From: Flectonema sp. DT1601
Taxonomy: Eukaryota
Direction of reading: 5' to 3'
Assembly: GCA_964019425.1 (NCBI GenBank)
Contig: OZ025799.1
Coordinates: 806,001 to 870,000, forward strand
Length of the DNA: 64,000 nucleotides
Positions 10,197-21,546 of this stretch are shown here, piece after piece (within the stretch, counting starts at the first letter, position 1; each line of letters starts with the position of its first letter). The position numbers and the translations under genes are program-made. The notes under the pieces are model-generated. The model was given only the letters and a program-made list of their open reading frames with translations, did no database searches and was not told the DNA's origin.

Positions 10197-11886
10197 TCAA
10201 AGTAACGTCACCACGTATACATTACCGTAAGAATCACCGAAGACTAGTTTATCACTGGTGCCTGTTTGATTATATTTTTTTTTTTTTTTGATTGTTTCAT
10301 TTAATATATCAACACTAATAGCGTACTCATACCTGAAGAGAGACAATAAACAGCTGCCTTGCAATAGAAAGAAAGGATTTCTTTGCCAGTTGTCGGTTGG
10401 AAGATGCGAACGGTTCTGTCATTGCTGGCAGCAATCACGTAGCTGGTGTTGATTTTGTTGAAAAGATTCTGAACTAAAGCAGTTTGGGAAAAAAAACTAA
10501 AACATACTGTCCAAGTGGCTGCACCCGTCCAGGACAAAATGTCGTCAAAGTCCAGGTATACTTTCGCGCAAGAGGAGAGACGGGAGATATATTTTCTACA
10601 GTTAGTTTTTGTACCGTTAACCCTGTAGTAATGTTCCATATTCTGACGACATACTCATCGTTAGAAACTAGTCTCTGACCGTCATAAGAGTACTGACAGC
10701 TGAGTACAATTCCCATGTGACCTGATAGAGTAAGTGATTCTACACCAGTAAGTGAGTTCCATATTTTAACTGTTTTATCACTGCTGCTGGAGGCGACTAA
10801 ATTCTTACATCTTGAGAATGATAAACAGATTATAATCCCCGAGTGTCTTCCAAATGATCCAGTTAGGTTTCCTTTTCTAGTATCCCACACTCTGCAAACT
10901 TTGTCTTGTGAACCAGATATAAGAAATTTACTATCAGCAGAAAAACAAGTACAAATAACGATCTTAGCATGTTCAAGAATGAATAACTGTTTACCCGTAA
11001 CAATGTCCCATATAATGACATTATAGTCAGTTGATGCTGTTGCAATAAGCTTACTGTTACTGCTTATAGAAATAGAAGTGACGGTACAGCTGTGACCAAC
11101 AAACGCTACTATTTCATGACCAGTGTTAATATCGTATAACCCAACATCTGTATCCATATTACTACAAGATGCATAAGCTTTATCAGTTGGGACGAGTCCA
11201 ATAGTTTTGACACGAGTGCTGTGGCCGATTAGATGTCTGATTGTGTAGTTTTTTATTGTTCTTCGGGTTGCCGTATTTGGTCTGTTTTGAACTTCATCTC
11301 GTTTTGTAACTGTGAAATCTCCAAATTGGAAAAGTGCAGATTCCTCTTCACTGCGAAGACGAATGCCTTCTTGTTTCTTCTTTTCGAGATGTTGCATTAC
11401 TATCTGATCTTCCAAGTCTGATAAGACAGAAACTGCAAAATCAGAAAACATAAACTGTCCGGAAGTAGAAGCTGATGCTGTTTTCATCCCTGATGCTCTC
11501 CTCATAGCAGCATTCGATCGTGATCTCCCTCTGTTATTACGAGGTTGCTTTGTTAGTTCAACTTGTTCTTTTGTTATCATAAAATCAGTATACAAGAATT
11601 GCTCTGCCTGAACACCATCATCTTGCAGTTTATGTGTCATTTCAAAGGTACCATAAGGATTATCTTGACAATCCATTACTGCTTTAGATTGATTCGCTGT
11701 ACTACTTTCCTGAGGTAATGTATCGTCCTCACTCATTTCATCAGACGAGAGTAAACTCTCGCTGCTTTCTTCGTCTTCCTCTGTGTCACCTGCTTCGACT
11801 TCTGCATTGTCAACCAGCTGGTCTTTCCTCTCTTGTCCACATAGTGTATAAAAGTCTACGTCTTTCTTACTTGCTCCACAACCCAT
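10197..11886 (-). CDS. WD40-repeat protein with N-terminal dual-acylation motif (MGCGAS); introns 10443-10507 and 10262-10332
   Basis: Multiple GH...WD/WN repeats. Splicing GTATGT..CAG and GTATGA..CAG joins three exons in frame (…PLGH-YVIAASNDRTVRIF…CLSSG-TSDKLVFGDSYGNVYVVTLL-TGA at 10197), completing the last blade. Confidence 0.85.
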
Positions 11887-12154
11887 CGAGCGACGCGGAT
11901 TCTGTACAACAAAAAACATAACATTTTCAGAACAAATTTAAAATGCACACCATCAATATGAAAGTATCTAACAGATGTGTTTACTGACTGAAAAGGAGTT
12001 TTTTTACGGTTAAACTTAAAAGAGGAAAAAAAAAAAAAAAAGAAGAAACGAAACGAAACGAATTCTAACATAAAACCAAAGTAAATAATATTATAATACT
12101 GTTACAGGTATAGGACAACTACAGATTATTTTCGGTTGCTATGAACATTTTTTT

Positions 12155-13448
12155 TTAAAAGTCTGAGGATGTTGCGCTATCAGGAGGTAGTTTATGTATG
12201 CATTTAGTTTTGTGATTGGTAGTCATCTGTTTTTATTTTTTAATTTTTTTATATTATATTAGTGTACAGCTAATTAATTAAAACAACAACACAAACCTGT
12301 TGATATGGCTGTGGCCATAATGTCACTCTGCTGTCGCAGTTTCGACATCTCGTTGAAGATGGTTTCGCAAGAAGCGCTTTGTATTTCCATTCAGACTTTT
12401 CTTGAAGTAGGTGATTGTTAGCAGACGTAGTTGATTTTAATTCTTTTTTCATCTTCTTTAACTCTCCTTTTAGTATTTCTACCTCACTAACAGACTCTTG
12501 CTGAGGTTGTTGTATCGCTTGAAGCTTTTGAGCAACACACAACTGCTCTTTATAACCAACAATATCTGAGGCCGCTTCGCTTAAGGCGTTTCTAACTTGC
12601 CTTAACTGTGATTCTTGTTGTTTATATCTTGATGTTTCTTTTAGATGTGTTTCATTCAATGTTGCTAAGTGTCTGAGCTCATTTTGAAGAACGTGGACTT
12701 GTCTTTGAATATTTAGTTTTTCAGCCGTATTTTCTTTTTCTAAATCCGTCTTTTGATAAATAAGTTGTTGTAATTCCGACGAGAATCGATCTCGTTCTTC
12801 CTTAGCTACTCGTAGTTGGCTCTCAAGAGAATCTATAACATGCTGAGATGAAGACCTGGGGGACTGTTCAGGGGTTCGTTGGCGCTGTTGCTGGTGAAGA
12901 ATAAGTTCGTTGTTGTGTTTTTGCAACGTTTCCATCTTCGAACTCATGTCAACGACAACAACCTGATGTTCTTTGTTGTTCGATTCTAATAGTGCTATTG
13001 TGTTTTGTAAGAGCATATTTTCAGTTTTTAAAGAAGTGATCTCTTGTTCCATGTCTTTATTCTTTTCAAGTGATTTTTTACAAACAACTTCCACAGACAC
13101 AATACTCTCATTTGCTGACTCTAACTGGGACTGAGTGACTGATAACTGTTTTTGTAAATCATGATAAGCTCCGTATTTGTGGTTTAATCTTCCAGTAAGT
13201 TCGAGGTTAGATTCATGGGCCTGTTGTAACTCCGCTTGCCAACTATTTGCTCGTTCATGCCATCGCTCTTCACATTCATCCAGTGTTTGTAGTTTTATTA
13301 ATGAAAGAAGACTTTTTTGATGTTCGGATCCGCCTTGCTCAGTAGCAGTTATTTGTGACATTGGTTCATGTTGAATGCTCTGCTGCAATTGATGATGTAG
13401 ATGGTGTTGTTGTTTTAATATGGTCTCTCCTGACGAGTCCGCATACAT
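12155..13448 (-). CDS. Coiled-coil hypothetical protein; probable intron 12227-12296
   Basis: 392-aa Q/E/L-rich heptad ORF with a CxxC near the end. CAG|GTTTGT donor at 12296 and AACAG acceptor at 12227 give a last exon MTTNHK...SSDF-TAA (12155). Confidence 0.7.
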
Positions 13449-13780
13449 CCAGGAATTTAAAAAAAAAAAACTGTAATAAAAAAAAAAATATAATTATTGA
13501 GCCTTTTTTTGATCTAGTCAAATCAGAAAGAACTCTTCCGAAAATATACACAAAAAAAAAATGTTTTTTTTTTTTCTGCTATTTTTCACATTCTAAACTA
13601 GGAAAAAAAAAAAAGAAGAAAAAAGGGTGGGACGGGAAAATCTTTTGAAATGCGTAGTAAGTATTAATTAATCAACTCATTTTCAAAAGTGAGAATGCAA
13701 AAAAAAAACTACAATTAAAAAAATAACTGCAAAATAATAATTGACGGCTTCAAGGGGTTATGAGTGTCAGTTATGGTTTA

Positions 13781-13874
13781 GTTTAGTTAGCAAAATACAA
13801 ACTGATGACTACGAGGGGTCTGGGTAGCCCGCATCACTAAGGACCCAATCGCGAAGATTGTAGTTTCATAGTAT
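13781..13874. repeat. Conserved 94-bp dispersed element (second copy 47878-47971), potentially structured
   Basis: The two copies differ at one position while adjacent sequence is diverged; nested inverted repeats are present. Confidence 0.8.
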
Positions 13875-14094
13875 GCTTATACTAAGATTAGTTGATTGAA
13901 AAAAAAGAAAACGACTTTTGAAGGTGTAAAAAAAGGAAGTTAAATACTTCATTGTAAAGAAAGTGAAGAATTGAGTTATTAAGGAAGAAAGAAAATAAAA
14001 AAACCATTCAGACAAGCCTTATATTTTTGTTGATCGCATACAGAATTACTAACACAACGGGAAATAGATAACACGACATAAATAAATAAACAAA

Positions 14095-15456
14095 GGGAAA
14101 ACCTCTAATTCCACGTAAATGTTACTGAAATGTCCGATTTCAACATGAAAGTTTCCGAAACGGACAGCTCCACACAAAAAAGTTTCCGAAATGGACAGCT
14201 CCACACACGAAAGTTTCCGAAATGGACAGCAAAAAAAAAAATTTTTTTTTTGTTGGCAAAATGAAATTTTTTTTTTTTTTCTCCGTTGCCTGCACCCAAA
14301 AAGACTTTTCGCTAGTAAACAACTTTTTTTTTCCCGCATAAAATTGCTATGGTAGGTAATTTCATTTTCGCTGTTCAGTAAACGGAAAGGTTTTTCTTTC
14401 GCTATTCACTGAAAGTGATATTCGGATTTTTCGCTGTTCGGTAAGAAAACAAGGTTTTTCTTCGTTCCCAAATACACCGGGATGGCCGAGATGGGTTGGT
14501 TCTCAATGAGGGAAGGAGTAATTTAAGGTAAAGCAAGTGCTGTAATTACAACTAATACGTGCAGGGCCTGAATCAACCTCTTAGTACTCCCTTTTCAACA
14601 GGTGACATAATAATATATACTAGTAGCTCGCTAATCAAGTGAAAGTCAGTAGCGGAGTAGTTCGGCTGATTGAATCTTTAGAAAAGTGTTCCGTGGGCTA
14701 CTTTCACAGAAACTCCGAAAGGACAGTACTGTGTGGCTCAGTGAGGTGATCTCAGACTTGAGAACACTAAATGGTTTCGCCACTCCACAGCTATTCATGT
14801 CAAGCCCTAGGCCGCTGATCATGTACACTTGGTTTTTGCGCTCTCATACCTCATCTTGGTTGGTACGACGTGTAGCGGAGACTTGTCTCTGCGTAGGTGA
14901 CCCGGCCCTGCACACATACCGAGCTGTATCACTCTTCTAAAGATTCATGATGTTGGATTTCTCTTGTCTCCTATCTGACGCTTGTGATGCACCTCTAGTA
15001 TTTTAATACACTCTGAATTCTCATGGTTGTATGAGCTGACAAGTCGGGTGTCTCTACCCGAAATTCGTCCATCCCTATACCTGGCCCTGCACACATACCG
15101 AGCTATGCCGATCCAGGGGCGCAGTCAGGCCTAGGCCCAGGTCACACAGGTTCGGTGTATTTCACTCATCTCGTCGGATGGCCTTGCCTTACGTAGGAAA
15201 AAAAATTTTTTTTGGGAGAAAAAAAAATCCCCATGACTTTGGGCGACCCCGAAATGCACTGGCAGTAAGCTATAAAAAAAAAAAAAACAGCTGTCCATTT
15301 CGGAAACTTTCGTGTGTGGAGCTGTCCGTTTCGGAAACTATTTTGTGTGGAGCTGTCCATTTCGGAAACTTTTTTGTGTGGAGCTGTCCATTTCGGAAAC
15401 TTTCATGTTGAGATCGGACATTTCAGAAACTTTTTTGTGGAATTATAGTTTTTCCC
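14095..15456. mobile_element. Non-autonomous Mutator-like (MULE) element with long TIRs containing 31-bp tandem subrepeats
   Basis: Termini GGGAAAA...TTTTCCC; 9-bp TSD ATAAACAAA at 14086-14094 and 15457-15465. AAAGTTTCCGAAAYGGACAGCTCCACAC units occur x3 on the left and x4 (inverted) on the right. A paralogous empty site lies near 48595-48710. Confidence 0.9.
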
Positions 15457-15871
15457 ATAAACAAAAATGGCTCTTAATCTGAATTGTTTTTTTCTCCGAC
15501 TTCGTCGATTTTAAAAAAAAAAAAAAAAAAAACCATTCTCAAACTGTTCCTCCGAGGGAGTGGAAATTCAAGTTCGAATACTTATAAACTGAATTTCTGT
15601 AGTTCAAGCTTAAAGTTAGCAATGTCTCTATTAGAAAGACTAAAGACAAAAAAATAAATAAATTTATTATCAAACAATAGTCCATCCCTCTTCAGCCACA
15701 ACAAGATGAGATTTAATTCCTACATTTATTGGCTTGAAGGATGGGCTCCCAGTGTATTTTAACATCTGTCTTAAAGCTCAAAAAAGCAAACACATTACAC
15801 AACTGAATAAATACTTCGCAGTAAACTAAGTGAGGAATGGAGTTGAAAAAAAAAAATTTTAAAAAAAAAAA

Positions 15872-16974
15872 GGGAAAACCTCTAATCCAGACACAAAAGT
15901 TTCCGAAACCGCCAACTCTATACAAAAAAAGTGCCTTGTGGCCTGTGGTTAAAAAATCCGCCACCCGGAATCGAACTTGCCGAATTTAAGGCAGACTTTT
16001 TTTTTTCCCTGAAAAATGCGTTGAGTAATTTTAAATCTCCTCACAATTTTTTCTAAACAAACATGCCTGCTTCTGATGGGAGACACTTTTGGGACGCGTG
16101 ACAAGTTCACAAAGAGTTTTTCTCAGATTATTTTGGACGTTCTTGCACCACGTCCGCCTGCCAATGTTTAGCTTGTACTGTCAACATCATTGCCTCAAAC
16201 CACCAGCACATCGTTTAAGGTGGTCTCTATGGAGGTGGGTGTTACAGTGGCACCAACTGCCCTTACATTGGCAACAGCTGTACAAGCACCCACTGAAGGG
16301 ATGTAAGCACCTTGTTGACAAAGGCCCAAACGAAGATGCATCAATCATTGTATGCAAAAATGACTTCCAGGGATGAAGCCGGACGGAAGACACAGAGGGG
16401 ATGGATATATGGGGCAGACACTCTGGAACGTTGGTCAGACGCTTAATTGGCCCAAAGACGTACCCTGACCGAACGAATGTGGTGTGTGATTCAAAGGAGG
16501 GTTTGTTGTTTATGATCGGAAAATCAATCTTCGCGTGCCAAAGAGCCATCGGGGCGCAGGATAGTAACTCCACCGCCTTTGCCAGGATAACCTTCGCCAC
16601 AGCAACAGTCCGTACCTGACGGCACAAAACCTCGTATTCAAGTTATCAACAAGTTCCTCAAGTTATCAAGTACAGTTAGTCAGTACAGTTAGTCACTCAA
16701 CATTGTGTTGACATTTTGAGGCAAACAAAAAAAAGGTTTGCAGCCGGGTTCGAACCCGCGAGTTGCACCTCAGAAGACCGCGGTAACACTCACTGGGCCA
16801 CCGTGTCAGCAACAAAAAATAAATTTTTATTTATTTTTTGTAATTTTTTGTAATAAATAAAAAAAATAAATTTTATAATTCTTTCATTGGGGGATTGTTT
16901 CTCCCGTGACAAAATTTTTTTTTGTATAGAGTTGGCGGTTTCGGAAACTTTTGTGTTCGGATTAGGGGTTTTCC
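15872..16974. mobile_element. Second non-autonomous MULE-like element, related TIR family
   Basis: ~60-bp TIR GGGAAAACCTCTAATCCAGACACAAAAGTTTCCGAAACCGCCAACTCTATACAAAAAAA mirrored at ~16916-16974. Flanked by A-runs on both sides (compatible with a poly-A TSD). No intact internal ORF. Confidence 0.8.
16727..16807 (-). promoter_or_regulatory. tRNA-like Pol III cassette (A box, B box, oligo-T) inside the MULE
   Basis: Minus strand: TGGCCCAGTGAG (A box), ~33 nt, GGTTCGAACCC (B box), then a T-run. No complete cloverleaf. Confidence 0.45.
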
Positions 16975-17435
16975 AAAAAAAAAAAAAAAAAAAGACAATT
17001 CTCAAACTTTTCGAGGAGACGGAAGGAGAAGTTGAAATAGAAATCAACCAAAATATAGTTGCCACAAAGCATTAAGTTAGTAATAGCTGTATTAGCAGGA
17101 TTCTATCACGAAATAAAACAAACAGTTATGCCAGAAAACATTGCAAAACAAGATAAATCAATTATACGTTCACTGTTCAAAGGCAAGGCTCTTCTCAACA
17201 GAAAGTTAGACCAGTAGTCTTCCATGTGTGTGTTGTGTACAGCTACCTCATCACACGTTTTTCAGGACTACTGTCACTTCTTTTGCAGCACTGGAAAGTC
17301 GCCGCATGATAAATTAAGCAATATCAGCTTATCAAAATATACTGAGGGCGGCACTGTAGTGGATTCGTTTGCAAGAATAAATAATCACTCAGTTTTCGCA
17401 TCAATAATCTACACATGGGAATGAAATCAGAATCC

Positions 17436-20010
17436 CTAACACCTTCCATCGAGTTGGATAATGTCGAGGTTCTTCTTTGAGCAAACACTGCGCCAGTAAT
17501 CGTAAGTCCGATCACCAGTAAAAGAATTCAAGTCGCTGAGTAGCTTCTCCGCTACATCGAACTGACCGTCAGCCAGCATTTCAACAAACCCATTCCACTT
17601 CCCAAAGGTACTCTCCGCTTCCAATTGGTACATCCATTCTTCTTCTTGGACTTTTCGTAGCGCCTTCGCTTCGTATACCAACTGCGCTGCTTCTGATTGC
17701 TTTGCAAAACAAACCAACCGCACTGCAACACAGTCTACACAAACCCTGGAGTGTTCAGCACATCTCTTATCAATCAAACAACCATACTTTTCAAAGGCCG
17801 AATACCTCTCGAGTGTTGCTGCAAATGATACCATCGGAGATAAGATTGAGAACTTCTTCATCCCAACAATTCCGATGTTGCCCACCTTCGCTTCCCCGGA
17901 AGACGTTGCGAACGACAACGGCAGCTGACAGTCCGACTTCGCCATCAGCCCACACTTGACTGCACAAGAACGGTGGTCACTATTAGCTCGATTCGCATTG
18001 AAATACGCCATCAGTCTATCTCCGTTAAATGCATCGCACACTCCCTTGTTTTTCTCCACCGCGGATGTCAAGCATGTGATGAGAGAACAGTGTTGTTCAA
18101 TTATGACGTCGTTGTTCTTTCTTGAATGCCAACCGATGCTGTTGAACATGATGACACTTATTGTCTTCTTCTTCAATCCCATTTCAACTGCTTGGTGGTG
18201 TTGAGCCACAGATCGACTGTGCGACACCTGTGTCCTTGATGCTGAACTACCTAAACCAGAACTCTTTGAGAGTGGTGACTCTTGACTCTCCTCATCATCT
18301 GACTTCATCAACACACTTTGCGGCATGTAATTCTTGTACTCAATTAAATTCTTAACCATTTTCCTAAACGATTGCTGCATTGCCCTCACCTCACTCAGAG
18401 AGCTCAAAGATACCGTCAGATCCACGGAATCGGTTTCCATCACAGCAACAGCAGCCATGTCATCACTCAACACAATTAGTGGTGAGATTATAATATTTGT
18501 GAACACAACAGAGAGCCCTAATAGAATCACTACACAAGTAGCTGTCACTACGTACATGATGGTGTAGTTCTTATCACGTTCATCATCTGTGTCTTGTTTG
18601 TCTTTCACAATTTGAACACGAATAACTTCAGCAGCATCATCAATAACAGACATCACACTATTACGAGGGACAAGAAGGACTAGGTACCAATGAATGTCTA
18701 ATAACTTTACAGAAGCAACTCGCACCCAGTAGAGAACTGATGTGTTGGTGTCTGTCCAGTCAGCAACTGTTCCCGCTGGCAAACTCTCAATGTGGTCGTA
18801 GTACTCACCGTAATTGCTGTTGTTCGCCATTTCTATCATGTGCCTGCCGTGTCTTGCGATTGGAGAGAGTTTCCCGTCTATCATTCCATTCAAAGTGTGA
18901 TTGACGATTGGGAATGGCACACCTAATTTCCAGATTTCAAAACCTTCTGCATTAAGCTGTCTAATGGTGTAGGCTGCCTCACCAACATTGCAACCTGTAA
19001 TGTGCTCCACTTTACCAGTCCAGAGATTCTTTTCCAAAGAGTAAAGAACAGACCCGTCAGGGAGCGCTGCTTCCTTCATCATGAGACTGATACCTGTCGT
19101 ATCGATAACGGCTCTGACATAACCTGTTCGGAATGCTTGTCTTGGATAAATATTAACTTGCTCAGGATGCGTTATCGGCGTACAAGCGGTCATCGAAATA
19201 GAAGGACCGGTACTGCTGATCGGAGAATGTATTGTGGCATCAGACTCAATTAGTATTGTATTTTGATCTGGGTTCATCATGTTGTGAAAACATCTGTTCT
19301 TCAGAGTCGTCTCCGTCTGTGATACTGTTTGCGCCAAATCAGCAAAACATCTGCCTGCCTGACCTAAATCAGCATAATTACAAGGTCCCTCAATGATATG
19401 ACCTGATGCGTTTGCTTTTCCAAACTCAATAACATCCTGATAGTTAAATGGACCATACGGATATGATAAACGACCCTCTGCGACAACCTGAATGAAACTT
19501 CCATCGTCGTATTGCCCAGCAACAAAGAAACTCATAAGCCCTCCCCACGCACCACCATAAGCTTGTCGAATTGTTTCACTATTAGGAGTGACATTCCACA
19601 TGATAACAGAAATACTTACATATCCGTATTGTTCCATAGCGGATAAGTGTTTAGCGAAGACAGCTTTTCTGATTGTTTTCTCCATGAAGTCAGGATTGGC
19701 TACTTCATCAGGGTGAAATTGTGTTAAGAATTTCACCATATCTCTCGAAAGAATTGAAGGGCCGGCAATCGTTCCATAGACTCTTGTTCTGAAATCCATC
19801 AACACCGACAACAATAATTGTGCAGTCACACTCCTCACATTAGTACCACCACTTTCCATACACTGAGAAATACCTCGATCTCCTGTAGCACGAGCATCAT
19901 CTGTCGACTTGTTCCCCGTCGAGATCGACATCCCTCCCAAGATCAGACCTGTCGCAAAGATCATCGACACTGCCAGTGCCAGTGAGTGACTGAACACCAA
20001 GTATTCCCAT
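17436..20010 (-). pseudogene. Receptor pseudo-cyclase copy 1 (2-bp deletion/frameshift near 19981)
   Basis: 2575 bp versus 2577 bp in copies 4-7. Reads GCCAGTGCC-AGTGAG versus GCCAGTGCCAGAGTGAG, so the frame from ATG 20010 stops at 19897. An in-frame ATG at 19964 could rescue a shorter protein. Confidence 0.7.
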
Positions 20011-21546
20011 TTTCTTAAAATGAGAAAAGAAACCTGCAGTGAGGAGTATGATTAACAAAGGAAAGGAAAGGAAATAGAGAACCAATAAATACATGACATG
20101 TCAACAGAACACATCACAAAATGGGTGGAATAGTATGCAAGCTACCAGAGAAGAAGCTTCTATTCTATTAAGACAGATGATGGAGTTGTTTCTAAGGACT
20201 AGACCACATCCAGAGTCCAAGAAAATGAGAAAGTGACACCTTACGAGTACGCAAGCTGCCAGAGAGGCTACTACAACTACTGTCTTGCAACAACTATCTA
20301 AAGAGGTGTCACAATGAAGTCAGAATTTTAAATTACATCAGAAAGAGAAATTTATCTCAGACTCACAGATGCATGTACTAAAAACACAAAACATGTGATT
20401 ATTATTCAGTCAAAACATGTAATAACAAAACAAGTGATTAGCTTCATACAAAAACAAAACACCGTAAACCTGCTACAAGTGAATTGCACTATTACTTCAA
20501 CTGAAAACCTCATTTCCCAGACATGAATTAGAATTCGTACGTCCAACAACTATGTATGTTTTGCTGTAGTTGTTATTGTAATATTGTCTCTGGATTCCTT
20601 TTAAACAATATAAAAAAAAAAAAAAAAAAAAACAACAACTTCAGCATCAGTCACACGTATACAAATATTAATCAAAAAATAATTACATATGCAGAGAGGG
20701 AAAAATACTGCGAGAAGCGAAAAAGTTTTTGCAGTGACAACTAAAAATATAGGGCTAATAGGAAAAAAACAGAATTAAGTCGCGCATTAGTTAGTATAAG
20801 TACTAACAGTGTAACAGTCGGAGATCGCTACCAGCCGTCAGTGTAAATGCTCATCATTTAATATTAATTCCAAAAAGTGGAAAGACGAAGGGCAGTTGAC
20901 ACATACAAAAGGTTTTTACAACACTGAAAAGTGCTTGCAAAAAAAGAAGAATAAATAATAATTTTATCTAACCAATCACATCACTCATATATACCACCAC
21001 ACAACATAATAATAATGTGTTATTAGTTATGAATGTGATGACTTTAACTCACAAGGTTAGCATATATGAAAACTGTGATGTGATTGTTATTCAAAACTAC
21101 ACAATCTCAGCCAAAGTAAATCATTACAAGATACACACTTCTAACTCTTACAACAAAACAGTAGGCGACTTACTACAAGAAAATGAGGAAGTAGTTGATC
21201 GCAGACAGTTAAACTGACACACAGGGAAATAGATAACATCACAACTCTCAAATAGTACTATTTCTTCATCAGTCGGTGAAGGGGAAGAAATAATTAATAA
21301 ACGAGAAACGTAAAATTGAGTTGAGCACATCCGCTAGACCAGTAGTCTTCCATGTGTGTGTTGTACGTTTTTCAGGACTACTGTCACTTCTTTTGCAGCA
21401 CTGGAAAGTCGCCGCAAGATAAATTAAAAAATAATCAGCTTATCAAAATATACTGAGGGCGGCACTACAGTGGATTCGTTTGCAAGAATAAATAATCACT
21501 CAGTTTTCGCATCAATAATCTACATATGGGAATGAAATCAAAATCC

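Noticed and set aside
13795..13874. Hammerhead ribozyme in the conserved 94-bp element
   Set aside because: CTGATGA is on the plus strand while GAAAC...GTC is on the minus strand; neither strand has the full core in order.
14148..14230. 31-bp direct repeats (also 15289-15415) resembling a CRISPR array
   Set aside because: No unique spacers; units are contiguous and mirrored at the other end of a TIR element; eukaryotic context with no cas genes.
14810..14845. Plus-strand peptide 'AADHVHLVF' resembling the HUH motif of IS200-type TnpA
   Set aside because: Immediately preceded by a stop, with no other TnpA motifs or TnpB/Fanzor ORF; probably chance.
16089..16627. ORFs inside the second MULE-like element as transposase or cargo gene
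   Set aside because: Short, with non-ATG starts or interrupting stops and no recognisable motifs.
16727..16807. Functional tRNA gene
   Set aside because: A and B boxes are present, but acceptor, D and anticodon stems do not pair.
17702..19253. Recurrent short plus-strand ORFs inside each receptor gene
   Set aside because: Antisense shadows of the conserved minus-strand CDS; they recur only because the genes are duplicated.
19100..19790. Diversity-generating retroelement as the source of receptor variability
   Set aside because: No reverse transcriptase or template repeat in the window. Differences are shared in blocks among paralogs and not obviously adenine-restricted.
21250..21285. Hammerhead or C/D snoRNA in the 3' module (minus-strand CTGATGA, GTGATGA)
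   Set aside because: No properly placed GAAA with stems I-III, and no terminal stem with a correctly spaced D box.
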